DNA of 63,951 nt, filler included, from Aduncisulcus paluster (taxonomy: Eukaryota), in the NCBI GenBank assembly GCA_024181965.1. It is 13 parts of 13 records of this genome, joined end to end, with 100 filler letters (N's around TTAATTAATTAA, not from the genome) between each part and the next. Parts side by side here need not be neighbours in the genome. Positions count along the whole stretch, not along the records: positions 13,845 to 26,638 come from BQXS01012001.1; positions 26,739 to 28,426 come from BQXS01012002.1; positions 28,527 to 30,163 come from BQXS01012003.1; positions 30,264 to 31,789 come from BQXS01012004.1; positions 31,890 to 33,681 come from BQXS01012005.1; positions 33,782 to 45,750 come from BQXS01012006.1; 7 more parts are not named here. One strand, 5' to 3'. Position numbers and translations under genes: made by a program. Under the pieces are notes generated by a model, which saw nothing but the letters and a program-made list of their open reading frames with translations, made no database searches and had not been told where the DNA came from. Shown piece after piece: positions 22,801 through 35,111 of the stretch. Numbering within the stretch: the stretch's first letter is position 1; every line of letters starts with the position of its first letter.

Positions 22801-25800
22801 CTTGTTTTGGGATATCCTTGCAAGGGTCTGGAATGAAGATATTCAGATTTGAGGAGCTTTCCATGGAAGTTCATGTGACGCAGCATTCTACAACTCATTT
22901 CACTGGAACAGCATGCACACCGAAGTGCAGAGAAAAGATAAATAAGACTTGAACTGCTCCATATCTCCATACAAGCCGGGCATGGAGATGAAGCCGAGAA
23001 TATAACCAAAAGGGGAGTTGCCCAATCAAGGACACCATCAACTCTGAGTCTTACTCGTGTCGTAGGATCATTATGCTGGGAGGAATCACATGGTATGAAA
23101 GTATGGGCAGAAACATTCATGGAATGGACAAATGTCTGAGTATTTTCAGGAGAATACAATGGAGCAAAGATAGAAGACGCAGGTTCGAACACCGTATAAT
23201 CATCATGGAGGGTGGATGATTCTTTCACCTCCCCAGATCCAGTGATTGTCGATATAATTTCTTCAGTGACAGACAGACCACACAAATAGAGGAGAGCTAT
23301 CAGAACAGAGTGTTCACATGAGTCAATAAGATCACAGGAGATATCTGGAAGACTAGGAGATGAAAAGAACTGATGCTGTTCAATAGTGGGTGAAGATGAA
23401 GCAGAATCTGTATCAAAAAATTCAGCTCGAGATGATTCAAGGCTTCTCCATTTTGTTATCATACCCTGAATTCCTTTCCACATACAAACAATAAGGACAC
23501 CAGACACATTGTTATTTGAAGAATGATCAAGGAACACACATACATGTCGAAGAGAATGAATGAGAGGAACAAGAATCAGAGTCTGACTCAGAGGATGAAT
23601 CGGAAGCGTGGTCACTTCAATAATATGCGTCAAAATCGACTGAACAAGGGACAGGGACCTGTAGCTATGTGAAGTATGGAGCTGGGTAATGCATTCGCAG
23701 TGAGATTTAGTGATCACTTGGAAGGGGAGGGAAGAGTAGGAACGATCCTCAGAAACAAAGAAATACTGCGAAGAAGAGGTATCAGGAACAACAATAGAGG
23801 AATGGGAAGCATGTCTAATCATACGACGACGCATCTTTTTCAGATTATGCAGATTCTTCTTATTTTTTCTCCGTTGCTTCCTTCTGAATCGACCAGTATC
23901 AGGATTCAATGAATTCTCAGCATCATGGGGCATTGGAATCATGGCTTCATCGATGAAATGCCAGCTTTCGTCCAGTGAGGAACCTTCAAAAGAGTGTTCA
24001 TCGTCTCTTACATCGCTCTCGCAGGTGGGCTCGATATCAATTTCAGCCTTTCTGACACAAACATATCTCAGACCAGTCTCGATCATTTCATAATTGTGCC
24101 CGATTCCACATACACTAAGTGACCTAGACGCAGTGGGAGGCAAGAGAGTGACTCCATGCGACAGGCAGAGAGAGGAGAGATCAGTAGAGGCCTTAGAACT
24201 ATCGCTGGAAAGAGAAGAAGAGGAAGAAGACAAGGATGACGGCGATTTAAGATGATTATTGGCAAAACGAGAAGATGTTGAAGGAGAAACGATATGAGTC
24301 CCACCAGAGATCTTGGCGGGGATACCACTTGATTGATTGATACATACATCAAGAACATCACATACAGATAGTGAGAAAGTTCTAAAAATAGAAATTGGAG
24401 TGACTGGTGATACCTTGTGTTCGGGGTTTTCGTTCGATGATGAGACGAGGGGTGACCCAAGCTGTTTAGCTGAACTGAATGCTTGGATATCCAAAAGTCT
24501 CCTTTTCCCACCCTTTGCGGCTTCTTCAATAAAGAGACAAGGCATTGAGCCATGTGAATGTTCAATGTTCTCACGGGTTGATTGAAGGGCAGCCTTCACG
24601 TATACTCTGGGGGAATGTTGCAAAGTTCCACGATATTGTCTTTTCATACCTTCATTGTCGGCCTTACTCGTTATCTCACCTCCACCACCACAGACAAGTT
24701 CAATGACGAGTGTATCGAATGATTCAACCAATCTTGGATGCGAGAGTTCCTTGAAAGTGGGGAGTTTATACAGACGAGCTATGGCATCTGTCCATTGAGA
24801 ACTCCTTCCATCGTATCTCCTATCAAAAGAGTCATCATCGCCACAATTATCAGAACAAGCATGATCCATAACACCCGAATAAACATCCTCACGAATCCTT
24901 GTCGATCCATGACTCTCATCATTGATATGTGTCCGACACAATGAGAGAGCGTATGTTGTGATGTTTAGCTTTGTTTTGTCATCTTTTGTATTCTGCTCTT
25001 TTGCCTTGTTCGAGAGTATTTCAGACACCCTCATGACACCATCATCCTCAAATACAATAATTTCATCATCAGCATCTTCTTCTTGATCGTATTTCTTCTC
25101 TGTCCACCTTGGGGCATCTTTTTGCAAGAAACTCACTGACATTCCCTCGTCTCTCTCTCTCATTCTTCTCTGCTTTTCTAGCTTTTCGGCCTGTTTCTTA
25201 AACTGCTCGATCATCTTATCATAGCGAACTCGTTCCGCATCAAGACTCTTGGTACGTTTTAGAGGTCCACCTGGGAGGAAAGAAGATGGACAAGCCACAA
25301 AAGGATGAAGAGAGAATGGCGAAAAAGCGATGGTGTCAGCGTTAGTCTTTCCAACACCCTTCCCGGCATGAGAGAGTCCACGCTGATCCTTGGAGACTCC
25401 AATGGTTTCACGCTTGGTATGAAGCTCCTTTCTAAAAGTATGTGTGGGCCGTTGAGTCAATGTGGTGAGGTAATGTGAGTGTATTTGAAGAGGGTTCAAG
25501 CCTGCAGAGAACAGACAGAAAGATGCCATTCTTATTGACATGCAGGGAGACGGAGGCAAGGAGAAAGATGGAAGATATGAGGATGAAGAAAATATCGAGT
25601 TCACTGCATTGTTTAGGGCCTCTTCATCACCGTGTTCATAATCACCAAGATATATGCAGACATTCCCGACATCTTGAGTGATACCCGGACAGTTGCATGT
25701 TGTTGAAGCCATATCTTCATTCAAATGTGGTGTAGAATGTTTTGGAGGAGCAGTATCGATCGGCTTGGGTAAAACTTCGGTCGCAGAGGTTGAGTTTGAG

Positions 25801-26638
25801 TGTGAAGAGAACAACGATACATCTGCACGCCAACTTCCATTCACGAATATTCCACAAACACACATAGAAACACGTTCTTTGTCTAACTGGGTTGACATAT
25901 CTTTAGATCCATCGAATAAGGAAGCCTTTGGCACTGATGCCACTGAAGAAAAAGAGAAGGTCAGATGATTCCAATCACAAATATCCATTCCCATCCCAAT
26001 AATACTTACAATTCCCTCCATCCCTCTCCAATGAATGTGTAAATATGACGCATCGTCAGAATCCAAGGATTTCTTTCCTTGGATAGGTTTCTGACAACCT
26101 GAAGTCGACTCTTTGGGATAGGGGTGTAAAGGAGGAGTATCGGATTTCTCTTCACCAATATCACCAGTGTCCTCACTTCGAGCTGTTATTTGAGGTTTTA
26201 TAGCAATAGATGCAACAATCTTCAGCATAGAGTGGGATTCCACAGATTGATATTGGGTCGTTGGGTGTTGAAAATGAACAAGCGACACAAGAGAAATATC
26301 AGTACTAAAGGGAACATCCTCACCTTTTGCTCTAAACACACGGAGCCAATGCTGAATGGTTTCATATTCGAGTTGTTCAAGCTTAACCCAAGTCGATATA
26401 GATATGCCAGAGGGCGAAACTACAGGGGAGAGGGGACGGGGCAGTGCAACATAGGAGTTTGGCGGAATAGAAACATAATATGAGGGCTTTGGAAGGCTAA
26501 ACTTGGCAGAAGTATGTGCTGAAGTCTGCAAGAAAGGAGAAGATGAAGATAATCCTTTCAATAAGCTAGAATGTGAAAATATGCTCCTCCTAATTGGTGT
26601 AAACACTTGACTCAGTGATTTCACATGACCGGATGAGG
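13845..26638 (-). CDS. Giant BEACH-domain protein (LYST/neurobeachin/Lvs family), about 4,000 aa, partial at both ends
   Basis: Three track ORFs merge into one frame once the overlap duplicates at N gaps 17349-17368 and 21017-21036 are removed. It has a ConA-like region (SISTWVKLE...WNHLTFSF...FVNG), a PH domain (QPFALEMFF...DRD) and BEACH motifs (LNTLSGRSFLDTSQYPSFPW, RDFRKPMGAQ, YHYGT, ELVPEFF, INNWVDLVFGCKQRG). Confidence 0.93.
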
Positions 26639-26740
26639 NNNNNNNNNNNNNNNNNNNNNNNNNNNNNNNNNNNNNNNNNNNNTTAATTAATTAANNNNNN
26701 NNNNNNNNNNNNNNNNNNNNNNNNNNNNNNNNNNNNNNCC

Positions 26741-26986
26741 TTGAAGGAAGCACGAGAATTGGCAGCGAGAGACCAAGAAGAATACGAAGTAGAAAGTATT
26801 TTAGATTGTAAGAAGGACGAAGAAGGTGATTGGAAGTTCCAGGTAAAATGGTCTGGATGGCCCAAGGAAGACGCTTCTTGGGAATATCCCGAGACGCTGA
26901 AGGGCTTGGATGAGTTTTCTCTTTTCTTGGAGAGCCATCCTGAGCTTAAAGTCGACGTCGAGAGATATTTATCCGACCGGAAATAA
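26741..26986 (+). CDS. C-terminal canonical chromodomain, 5'-partial (probably a chromovirus integrase tail)
   Basis: EYEVESILD...FQVKWSGWPKEDASWE with an intact aromatic cage. It is the last domain before the stop and is followed by a purine-rich tract. A host chromo protein cannot be excluded. Confidence 0.85.
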   Translation: MKEARELAARDQEEYEVESILDCKKDEEGDWKFQVKWSGWPKEDASWEYPETLKGLDEFSLFLESHPELKVDVERYLSDRK

Positions 26987-27717
26987 GGAGGAGAAGACTG
27001 GAGAAAAAATTTGTTTTGTTTTGTTAAGGAAAAAATATTTTTATTTTATATTCGTATGTCTTGTTGATAGTGCTGTTGATCGCGCGGTATTATGTTGTGA
27101 ACCTGTAAGGGGTTCTCTGTATGGAAGGAAATTGTGAGTTGGTAATTGTTGACGCTTTGTTGTTGGAATGAGTTTCTGAGATTGGAAAATTAATCTCTTA
27201 ATTATATTACTTTTATTTTGTCTATTAAGTTTTCGAGAATCGTCTTTTTAGTTGCATTCGAGGTGGCCTCAAAACCTTTGTTTTGTTTGCATCTTTAATT
27301 TCTTTAGAAATGTTTTTTGTATTTCTTTGAGCCTAGTGGAGGAACTCCATAGTAATAATATTGTTTTTATTTTTTATTCGCTGGATCGAAAATTAGAGTT
27401 CGTCAGAAGGTGTTCGAAAAGTTAGTTTTGAAACCTTCGAGTTGGAGACTCATATTTCATGTAGAATTAATACTGAACTGTTAGTGTATTAATTGTTGAT
27501 TGAAATTGTTGTGAGGGTTTTAATTGTTGAGAATGGATCATCTGGTGAATTAGTATATAATAATTGTATATACTGGTTATAATGATATTATTATGGATAG
27601 CGTTATTGTTCTATTATGTTTTGTTAAGTTAAGCTTCCTGTTTCCAGGAGTTATTGAGTCTTCAAAGGAAAAAAGGGAAGGATGTTATGGCCCAAAGATA
27701 TTATTTTGTACGATTAG

Positions 27718-27790
27718 CTTGTTATAGTCTAATCGTTAAGGCGTCACCTTGGTGATTGCCTGGTTGTGGGTTCAAACCCCACCTTGTGTA
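27718..27790 (+). pseudogene. tRNA-derived relic (tRNA-Leu-like), non-functional as tRNA
   Basis: Perfect T arm GTGGG-TTCAAAC-CCCAC (27766-27782) and D arm GTCT-AATCGTTA-AGGC after TA. The anticodon stem TCACC/GGTGA has only a 2-nt loop and the acceptor arms do not pair. Confidence 0.55.
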
Positions 27791-27826
27791 ATTTTATGAA
27801 AGTCTGTAAGGAAGACTACAGCCTTG

Positions 27827-28345
27827 TCATAAGAATGACGTGACAAGTATTGAAGAGAGTAACATATTATAGTAAATTGTGCTCACCACAAGAATTTTAT
27901 TTTCCAGGAATATTACAGTTATGATCTTCGTGTTTTCTGTAAATGGCACATGTTCTTTGTCAGGATACCTATTTACACAATTTCTTTCCAGCCATTCATT
28001 CACTTCTTCCCATTTTTCGTTGATCCGAATATTGTTCACAATTTCAGCGAATTCGCGATCATCAGCTTGACGCACTGATGTCCTGAGTATCCTTTTGTTA
28101 AAATGGTCAAGTAATGGCGATGAAAAAATTTGTCTTTCATAGATAGCACTCTCTCTGGCTCTTCCTGTCAGAGATCTGGGAATCCCTGTGCAAACAGCAG
28201 GTAATTGCATTGGATCACCAACTACAATTATATTTTTTGCTCCAAATCCAATGCTATCATGTCCACAGGTGTAGCGTATGACAGAGTGAACATACTCAAA
28301 TAATTCCTTTGAGATCATGGACATTTCATCAAATATAAAACAATC
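27827..28345 (-). pseudogene. PIF1-family helicase fragment (Helitron-type or host PIF1)
   Basis: FIFDEMSMIS (motif II), GFGAKNIIVVGDPMQLPAV (motif III) and SVRQADDREFAEIVNNIR (motif IV/PIF1 region). There is a stop immediately upstream, no Walker A, and a decayed 3' end. Confidence 0.8.
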
Positions 28346-28526
28346 TCACTAGCGTTCCGAATAAAAGTATTACCATGGTAATACCATTCCAGAAATTTTT
28401 TATGGTAATACCACTAAAAATAGTGGNNNNNNNNNNNNNNNNNNNNNNNNNNNNNNNNNNNNNNNNNNNNTTAATTAATTAANNNNNNNNNNNNNNNNNN
28501 NNNNNNNNNNNNNNNNNNNNNNNNNN

Positions 28527-30163
28527 GAAATATTCCAGATTGAGATTTCGAAGAGTTATGGAATCCCTCAGTGGCATGAAGATCTTAAGAATGTTCTTCA
28601 GATGGCTGGTCTCAAACGTAAACCGACAGTATTCCTTTTCAATGATACTCAACTCTTCAACGAGTCTCAGCTCGAAGATCTTAACAATATCTTGAATACA
28701 GGAGATGTTCCTACCATATATGAACCGCCTGAGTTAGAGAATATATACAACACTATGCGTCCCATTTGTCAAGCAGAGGGTAAACCTCTCACTAAGGTTG
28801 CTCTATTCCAGACCTATCTGAGTCGTGTAAGGAACAACCTTCACGTTGTATTGTGTATGTCCCCAGTTGGTGAGGCCTTCAGAACTCGGTTGAGGAAATT
28901 CCCTTCATTTGTGAACTGCTGTACGATCGATTGGTTCACTGGCTGGCCTGAAGAAGCCTTACGTTCAGTTGGAGCCGACTTTGTTAGTGAGATGTTGATC
29001 AGTGATGACATTCAGAAAACAATTGTCGATTCGTTTGTTTACATGCATCGTTCTGTTGAGAAACTCTCTGTTCGTTATAAAAAGGAGACTAATAGATCGA
29101 CACACATTACTCCTACTTCTTTCCTTGAGCTTTTGAAGCTATTCTCTAAGTTGATAGAAGAGAGGAGTACATATTTGACTCAGCAGAGGAGAAGATACGA
29201 TGCTGGTCTTGAGAAGCTCGCTTTCACAGCCAAGTTGGTCGCCAAACTTCAGTCCGAACAAGAAGAACTGAAGCCTAGACTTGAGAAACAAGGAATTGAG
29301 GTCAAACAAATGGCAGCTCGTTTGCAAATTGATAAGGCCAAAGCTTCAAAGAAACAGAAAGAGGTTGAAGAAGATAAAAAGAAATCAGATGCAAGTGCTA
29401 AGGAAGCTGCTGATCTTGAGAAACAGTGTAAGGATGCTCTCAGTCTGGCTGAACCCTTGGTGAAGAATGCTGAGAAGAAACTGAAGAACCTGAGCAAGGC
29501 AGCTATCACTGAGGTTCAATCCATGCGTACTCCTCCCGTCGGTGTGAGAAGAACCATGGAAGCTGTGCTGATCATGTTGAAGAAACAGCCTAAAGGTTCG
29601 GGTGATTGGTGGCCTGAATCTAAGAGGGTTCTGGGATCTGCTGGGTTTGTTAAATCTCTCCAGCAATTCAAGAAGAACGATATTCCTGCAGCCGTTATTG
29701 CAAGAGTTAAGCCATACACAGATGACCCTGACTTCGAAGAAGGGAAGATTCTAGCTTCTTCTCTAGCTGCTTCCAATCTATGTGGATGGGTACATGCCAT
29801 GGTCACCTACAATAGAGAATACCAAAGAATCTTGCCTTTACGTGCTTCACTGGCTAAAGCTGAGGAAAAATGCGCCATTGAGAGGAAGAATTTAGCTCTT
29901 AAGGAGGCTGAATTGGACGCTGTATCCAAGAAATTGGCTGATCTTAATGCTCAACATGCAGCTGCTGAAGAGCGTCATAAAGCCCTCCTTACTGAAGCTT
30001 CTATCTGTGATGCTCGTCTTAAGCGTGCCAGTAGTCTAATGAACGGTTTGGGTGGAGAAAAAGATCGTTGGACTCGTTCCAGTGCCATTCTTGGTAATCA
30101 ACTCGAGCGAGTATACGGAGATGTTGCTCTTTCGTGTGGTATTATTTCCTATCTTGGTCCTTA
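28527..30163 (+). CDS. Axonemal dynein heavy chain (inner-arm type): AAA4, stalk and microtubule-binding domain, partial
   Basis: VFLFNDTQ...EDLNNILNTGDVP, LHVVLCMSPVGEAFRTRLRKFPSFVNCCTIDWF..WP, TPTSFLEL, the stalk coiled coil and GLGGEKDRW. Open across the whole contig. Confidence 0.96.
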
Positions 30164-30263
30164 NNNNNNNNNNNNNNNNNNNNNNNNNNNNNNNNNNNNN
30201 NNNNNNNTTAATTAATTAANNNNNNNNNNNNNNNNNNNNNNNNNNNNNNNNNNNNNNNNNNNN

Positions 30264-31788
30264 TGGTGAGATCATCCACAGTCAGTGAGGAGAGAATGTT
30301 TTCAGCAGAAGAAGAAGAACATAACGATTGAACAGCAGTAACATCAACATACATGGACTCACAGATAGCTTCAACGAGGGCAACATCCATCCCAAGGGAA
30401 GACAGTAGTGTCACTCCACTCTCAATCTCACACAGATCACCAGTCATGAGAGGTGACGATGAAGGTGAAGAGCAGGTGCATGTGTGTGTTTCAGAGTCAC
30501 AAGTATCGGTTCCATCATAATTCCCACATTCATACCCATACTCATCAACAGGACATTCGGACAGACAATCGTCACCATACCATCCGTCAGAACACACAAG
30601 GGAGATGTCATTTATAGATCCATCAGAGCCTATTCCAATGCATTTCTTGTTGGTACCCGAGAGACTCAGATCAGAGCACATTGCATACAATGCAGAGGTT
30701 TCATCATCGATGAGCACCCAAGATAATGAGGATGAACTCACGTCGGTGTAACATGATGAACAACATGTTGCAGAATACTCGCCAGGCCAGATCTCAGAGC
30801 AGACGATATTGGATGAGAGTGAGATGGAATCATCATCACAACTCCCCAAATTGCCAACGAAGATGGTAGATCCATCACTTGTCAATTCAGAGAAATGAGC
30901 CAAAAACCATTCAATTTCTTCAGAATTGTCCGTACCAGCGATATTGTTCCCACTCAGATCAAGTGTGGTGAGAGTTGATGAGAGTGAGAACAATGGAGAT
31001 GGATCAGAGATGTTGTTATCACTGGCATCCAGATATTCTAACATCGGGAATAGAATCGTGAAAGAGGTAGAGCCAGAATCAGAACCAGAATCAACTTCAT
31101 AAAGCCACAACAAATCATCCAACTCCATGCCACTCACATCAAGCTCAGTCAAGGATGATCCAAAAATAGATGCAATATCAGAGACTGAGATACTTGGGTT
31201 GTTACTAACACTCAGAGAGGTCAGAACACCAGACAGAGACGAGATCTGGGTCAAGTCATCCACGGCTGTATCGGAGATGTTCAGAGCAGTCAGATGGTTA
31301 AACATACTCAAGGAGTCAAGAACAGAGATATCACTCAAGGAAGTGTTTCCACTCAGATCGATGCATGTGATGCTCGTGAGATATTCAAGTCCAGATAAAT
31401 TAGTGATATCAAGACTGGACAGATCAAGACATTCATCAGCAGACAATGTAATCCCTGCAAGATCACTCTCTGTCAGATCACCATCAGTCAGATCGTCACA
31501 TGTGGAGTCATGACCATCAACAAGTGAACACAGAGCAGAGAGAATGTGGGAATCAGCGAATGTGACATATTGACACGAATCACCATGGAAGCCAGACAGA
31601 GAGCAATCACAAGTATGTGTTGAACTGTCACATGTTCCATACTCAGAGCCTCCACATTGTTGTTGGTTGGAATAATGAAGTGGACATTCATCAAGACACT
31701 CATCGCCATACCACCCTTCAACACATCCACTCTCGATAGAAACGGATCCCTCGGACTCGTTGTAGACACCGATGCACTGAGTGTTGGG
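30264..31788 (-). CDS. LRR plus EGF-like Cys-rich surface/secreted protein, partial
   Basis: Internalin-like LRRs (LDLSSLDITNLSGLEYL, LDASDNNISDPSPL) alternate with EGF-like units (CSDGWYGDDC...C.C). The frame appears to span the contig. Confidence 0.85.
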
Positions 31789-31923
31789 ANNNNNNNNNNN
31801 NNNNNNNNNNNNNNNNNNNNNNNNNNNNNNNNNTTAATTAATTAANNNNNNNNNNNNNNNNNNNNNNNNNNNNNNNNNNNNNNNNNNNNACTCTATAACC
31901 AGCACAAAAAAAACAACCTTAAA

Positions 31924-32124
31924 ATGGGAAACACCTTTTCATCTTGCAGTGGTAAAACTAAAGCTATTGATGCTAAACCCGTCGATTCTAAGGACGACAA
32001 GAAAGAAGTCCCTACTGAGAAGAAAGTGACTAAATTCTTTGATATGAAATCCCCTATCTTCTGGATAATCGTCTCCATCATTCTTATTGCCCTTGCTATT
32101 GGAGTCACTCTCTTCGTATTGTGA
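31924..32124 (+). CDS. 66-aa microprotein with N-myristoylation motif and C-terminal transmembrane helix
   Basis: aaaATG context. MGNTFSSC (G2, S6, C8), a charged linker, then a hydrophobic tail IFWIIVSIILIALAIGVTLFVL up to the stop. Confidence 0.7.
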   Translation: MGNTFSSCSGKTKAIDAKPVDSKDDKKEVPTEKKVTKFFDMKSPIFWIIVSIILIALAIGVTLFVL

Positions 32125-32900
32125 TTGTGCTCGTATTGTGTGTCGTACTTGGATCTTTCCCTATAATTTATTTCTTCAATATATATATTATGTTTCTTGA
32201 TATGCTATATATTCCCATCGCCTTTAATTTATTGACAAGTCCTTCATCTTCAATCAATCTTATTGAATAGATTCCATTATCGTCCAAATCACTTCCAAAG
32301 TAACTCTTTTCTCAACTTTATCTTTTTAAATTATTGCTCTCTCAGAGCCCCCTTTGCCTTTTTAATTTATTATAAATGTCTCTTAGTAAAATACAGAATC
32401 AACTTTTTTTCGTGGAACTTTTCCCTCAGTACAAGCTTTTCTGAGTTAATCAATAACATAAAGTATACAATTATATGATATTATCATAATAATACATTTA
32501 TTAGACATTTTAGGTCGGGAATTATGAACACCTATTTACAGAAAAAATTATAGGGTTAAACTCGTGATGGTCACAAAAAAAGTTCAAAAATTACCCCCCC
32601 AAAGATGAGATCAAAAGAAAGTTTCAAGAATAAAAAGCAAATTAGCACACGCAATTAACTGAATACAAAATCATCGATAGATTGGATTTCAATATTTAGA
32701 AATTTCAAGGCATAACGATCGAAAAGTCGAAAATAGCTTCACTGAATTGGTGAAATAGCGTTAATTTTATCAATAATGCAGGAGGAAAGAAAACGAAAGG
32801 AAGAATATATTCTAGTACCAATAGCGAGCAAAATGTACTAAAATAAATAATACCAACAATTAAAACAAACATCAAATAAGTCAAATTAAATATAATGTGA

Positions 32901-33681
32901 TCAAAGATCAATATCACAATAGCCAGACTCGGTCATGTAGGCATATCCATTACACAAACAAGTATGATCATCCTGACACGTTCCACCAGTTCCACAGCTA
33001 TATCCATCCGGTCCAAGTGGACAAAGCTCAGTACAATCGTCGCCATAATAAGTGTCGGGACACGCAGCACCACAGATGATGGTGTCAGAAGGACCCATGA
33101 TGGATATGACATCGATCTGGGCCTCACACACAGCACAGCTCCCAAGGTCTGCAGATGTTGAGGCAGAAACACACATGTTGGTGTCCTTGTTCAGATAGTA
33201 ACCATTCCAGCACTCAACCTGATAGGTCGAATCACTTCTCGGACGGCAAGTCTTGTGTCCAGCGAAGGAAGCAGTGCTAGAACATTGGCAGACCTGGGAG
33301 GAAGACGTGACAACCGAGAGGTTCGTAAAGTACGACTTCAGAGTGGACACGACATTGTTGATGTCACAAATATCATTGTCAGCCACGCTCAGAGAGGTCA
33401 GACCTGAGCTTGGGAAGATTGCATCAGTGATCAGCACAGAAATGTCGGAGATGGAATTGTCATCAAGTGTGAGAGAAGTCAACGTGTCCACAGGGAACGC
33501 ATCGGGAACAGAAAGGATCGATACATCAGACAAAGATCCAGCCAAGGAAAGAGTCGTCAAGTCCAAGAGGAATGCGAAGGACACAGATGCATCAACAGAT
33601 ACACCATCCATGTACAGCTCGACCAAGGAGGATGGCAACTTGCTGACATCGGTGATGGACGTACATCCACTGATGTCAAGC
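32901..33681 (-). CDS. LRR plus EGF-like Cys-rich protein, C-terminal part
   Basis: LRRs (LTSLTLDDNSISDISVL, LTSLSVADNDICD) followed by Cys-rich/EGF units (CPDTYYGDDC...CGTGGTC...C.C). Confidence 0.85.
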
Positions 33682-33781
33682 NNNNNNNNNNNNNNNNNNN
33701 NNNNNNNNNNNNNNNNNNNNNNNNNTTAATTAATTAANNNNNNNNNNNNNNNNNNNNNNNNNNNNNNNNNNNNNNNNNNNN

Positions 33782-34784
33782 CCTCTTTGCGCTTCTCGAT
33801 AAGATATTTTTGTTTTGTAAGCCGTTCATAAACACTCATGGAAGACAAGGATCTTGAGGAGCCTAGGATAGGCACGGGAGGCTTAGCTGAGGAGATTGGA
33901 GGAGAAGCAGACTTCTTACTCCGACTTTTCTTATCGTTGTCAGCAGAAGTGGAAGAGGTCATACCATAATCGATTTTTGTTCTCTTCATCACCTTCTTGG
34001 CAAGCTCAGCAGAATGGGGATTTATCATCGGCCTAAAAGTAGCTTCTTTCATTTCTTCCTCAGAGCGTTTCTTCTTGGCACTCGTAAGCTTTTCTTTTTG
34101 CTGCTGGATCTGAGACTCGATATATTCCTTCTTGAATACACTCATCCTATCACTTTGACCATCAGAAGATGTGGATATTTGAGGCTTTCCAGTGACGAGT
34201 TTTAGCTCATCTTCCTCCCGTTTGGTTTCCATGCGTTTCAGTTTCTCATTATGCTCTTTCCACAACTCAGTTGAGCGCTCAGAAAGAGGAACCCTACCGG
34301 ATTCACATGAAGTTAGTTGTATTGACCGCTTATTTATGGATGGCTGATGTGTGCATTCCTTCAATTCTTCCTTGATCATTTTATCACGGATATCCTTGTG
34401 GTTTTGCTTAATTTCAGCCAGCCTCTTCTTATTGCGTTCTTCAAAATCTTGAATATCTGAAGGAGTAATGTGAAGCTTACTTCCAATAATATGGACGGCA
34501 TCTTCTTTCTCTTTTGCCTCCTTCAATTTCCTTCTAACACGTTCTACCTTTTCCCGAGTAGCTAAGTTCATTTTTATCGGGGATAAAGCTCCAGATGTTT
34601 TAGATACACTTCCGCTAGGTGGTGATTCAGGCTCTATAGCATTACTTACAAGCATACAACTATCATCTGCTCCATCTTGCTCAGATTCATCCAAAAGATC
34701 AAGGATCGACTGTAAATCTTCCGGAGATACATCAAGCCGATCTAATAATAGGGCAATGCGATCTTGGGCACTGCCTGATTTCAT
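33782..34784 (-). CDS. Hypothetical coiled-coil protein with repeated T.x.P.IN motifs (possible cytoskeletal protein), 3'-partial
   Basis: ECTHQPSINKRS, VTGKPQIS, EATFRPMINPHS and VYERL, spaced by charged helices. Confidence 0.75.
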
Positions 34785-35111
34785 ATGATGGGGACAAAAG
34801 CGGGAAAATCCGTAGGGGGAGCTTGCAATTATTTTGAAAAGATTCCAAATATAATATTTTTATAATCTTTGATGTATGTTAATTGAAATATTATATAATA
34901 TGTGAATATCTATTAGATAAGAAGATAAAGTATACAGCTCAAATCAAAGGTAACAATAAAATGATCCTTATTTTTCTATCAAATGGTTTATATAATTAAA
35001 AATTTATACAAGATATATATATTTATTTTAGAATTTATGGAGATATGATTTTTTTTTTTTCAGAATTAAAGTTTTGCCACACATCGATCTATCTCCACCG
35101 CCAATCAAAAA

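Noticed and set aside
27445..27700. Second LTR starting TGTAG at about 27460 after the chromodomain ORF
   Set aside because: No adjacent clean PPT, no definable CA end, and no similarity to the LTR candidate at 1736.
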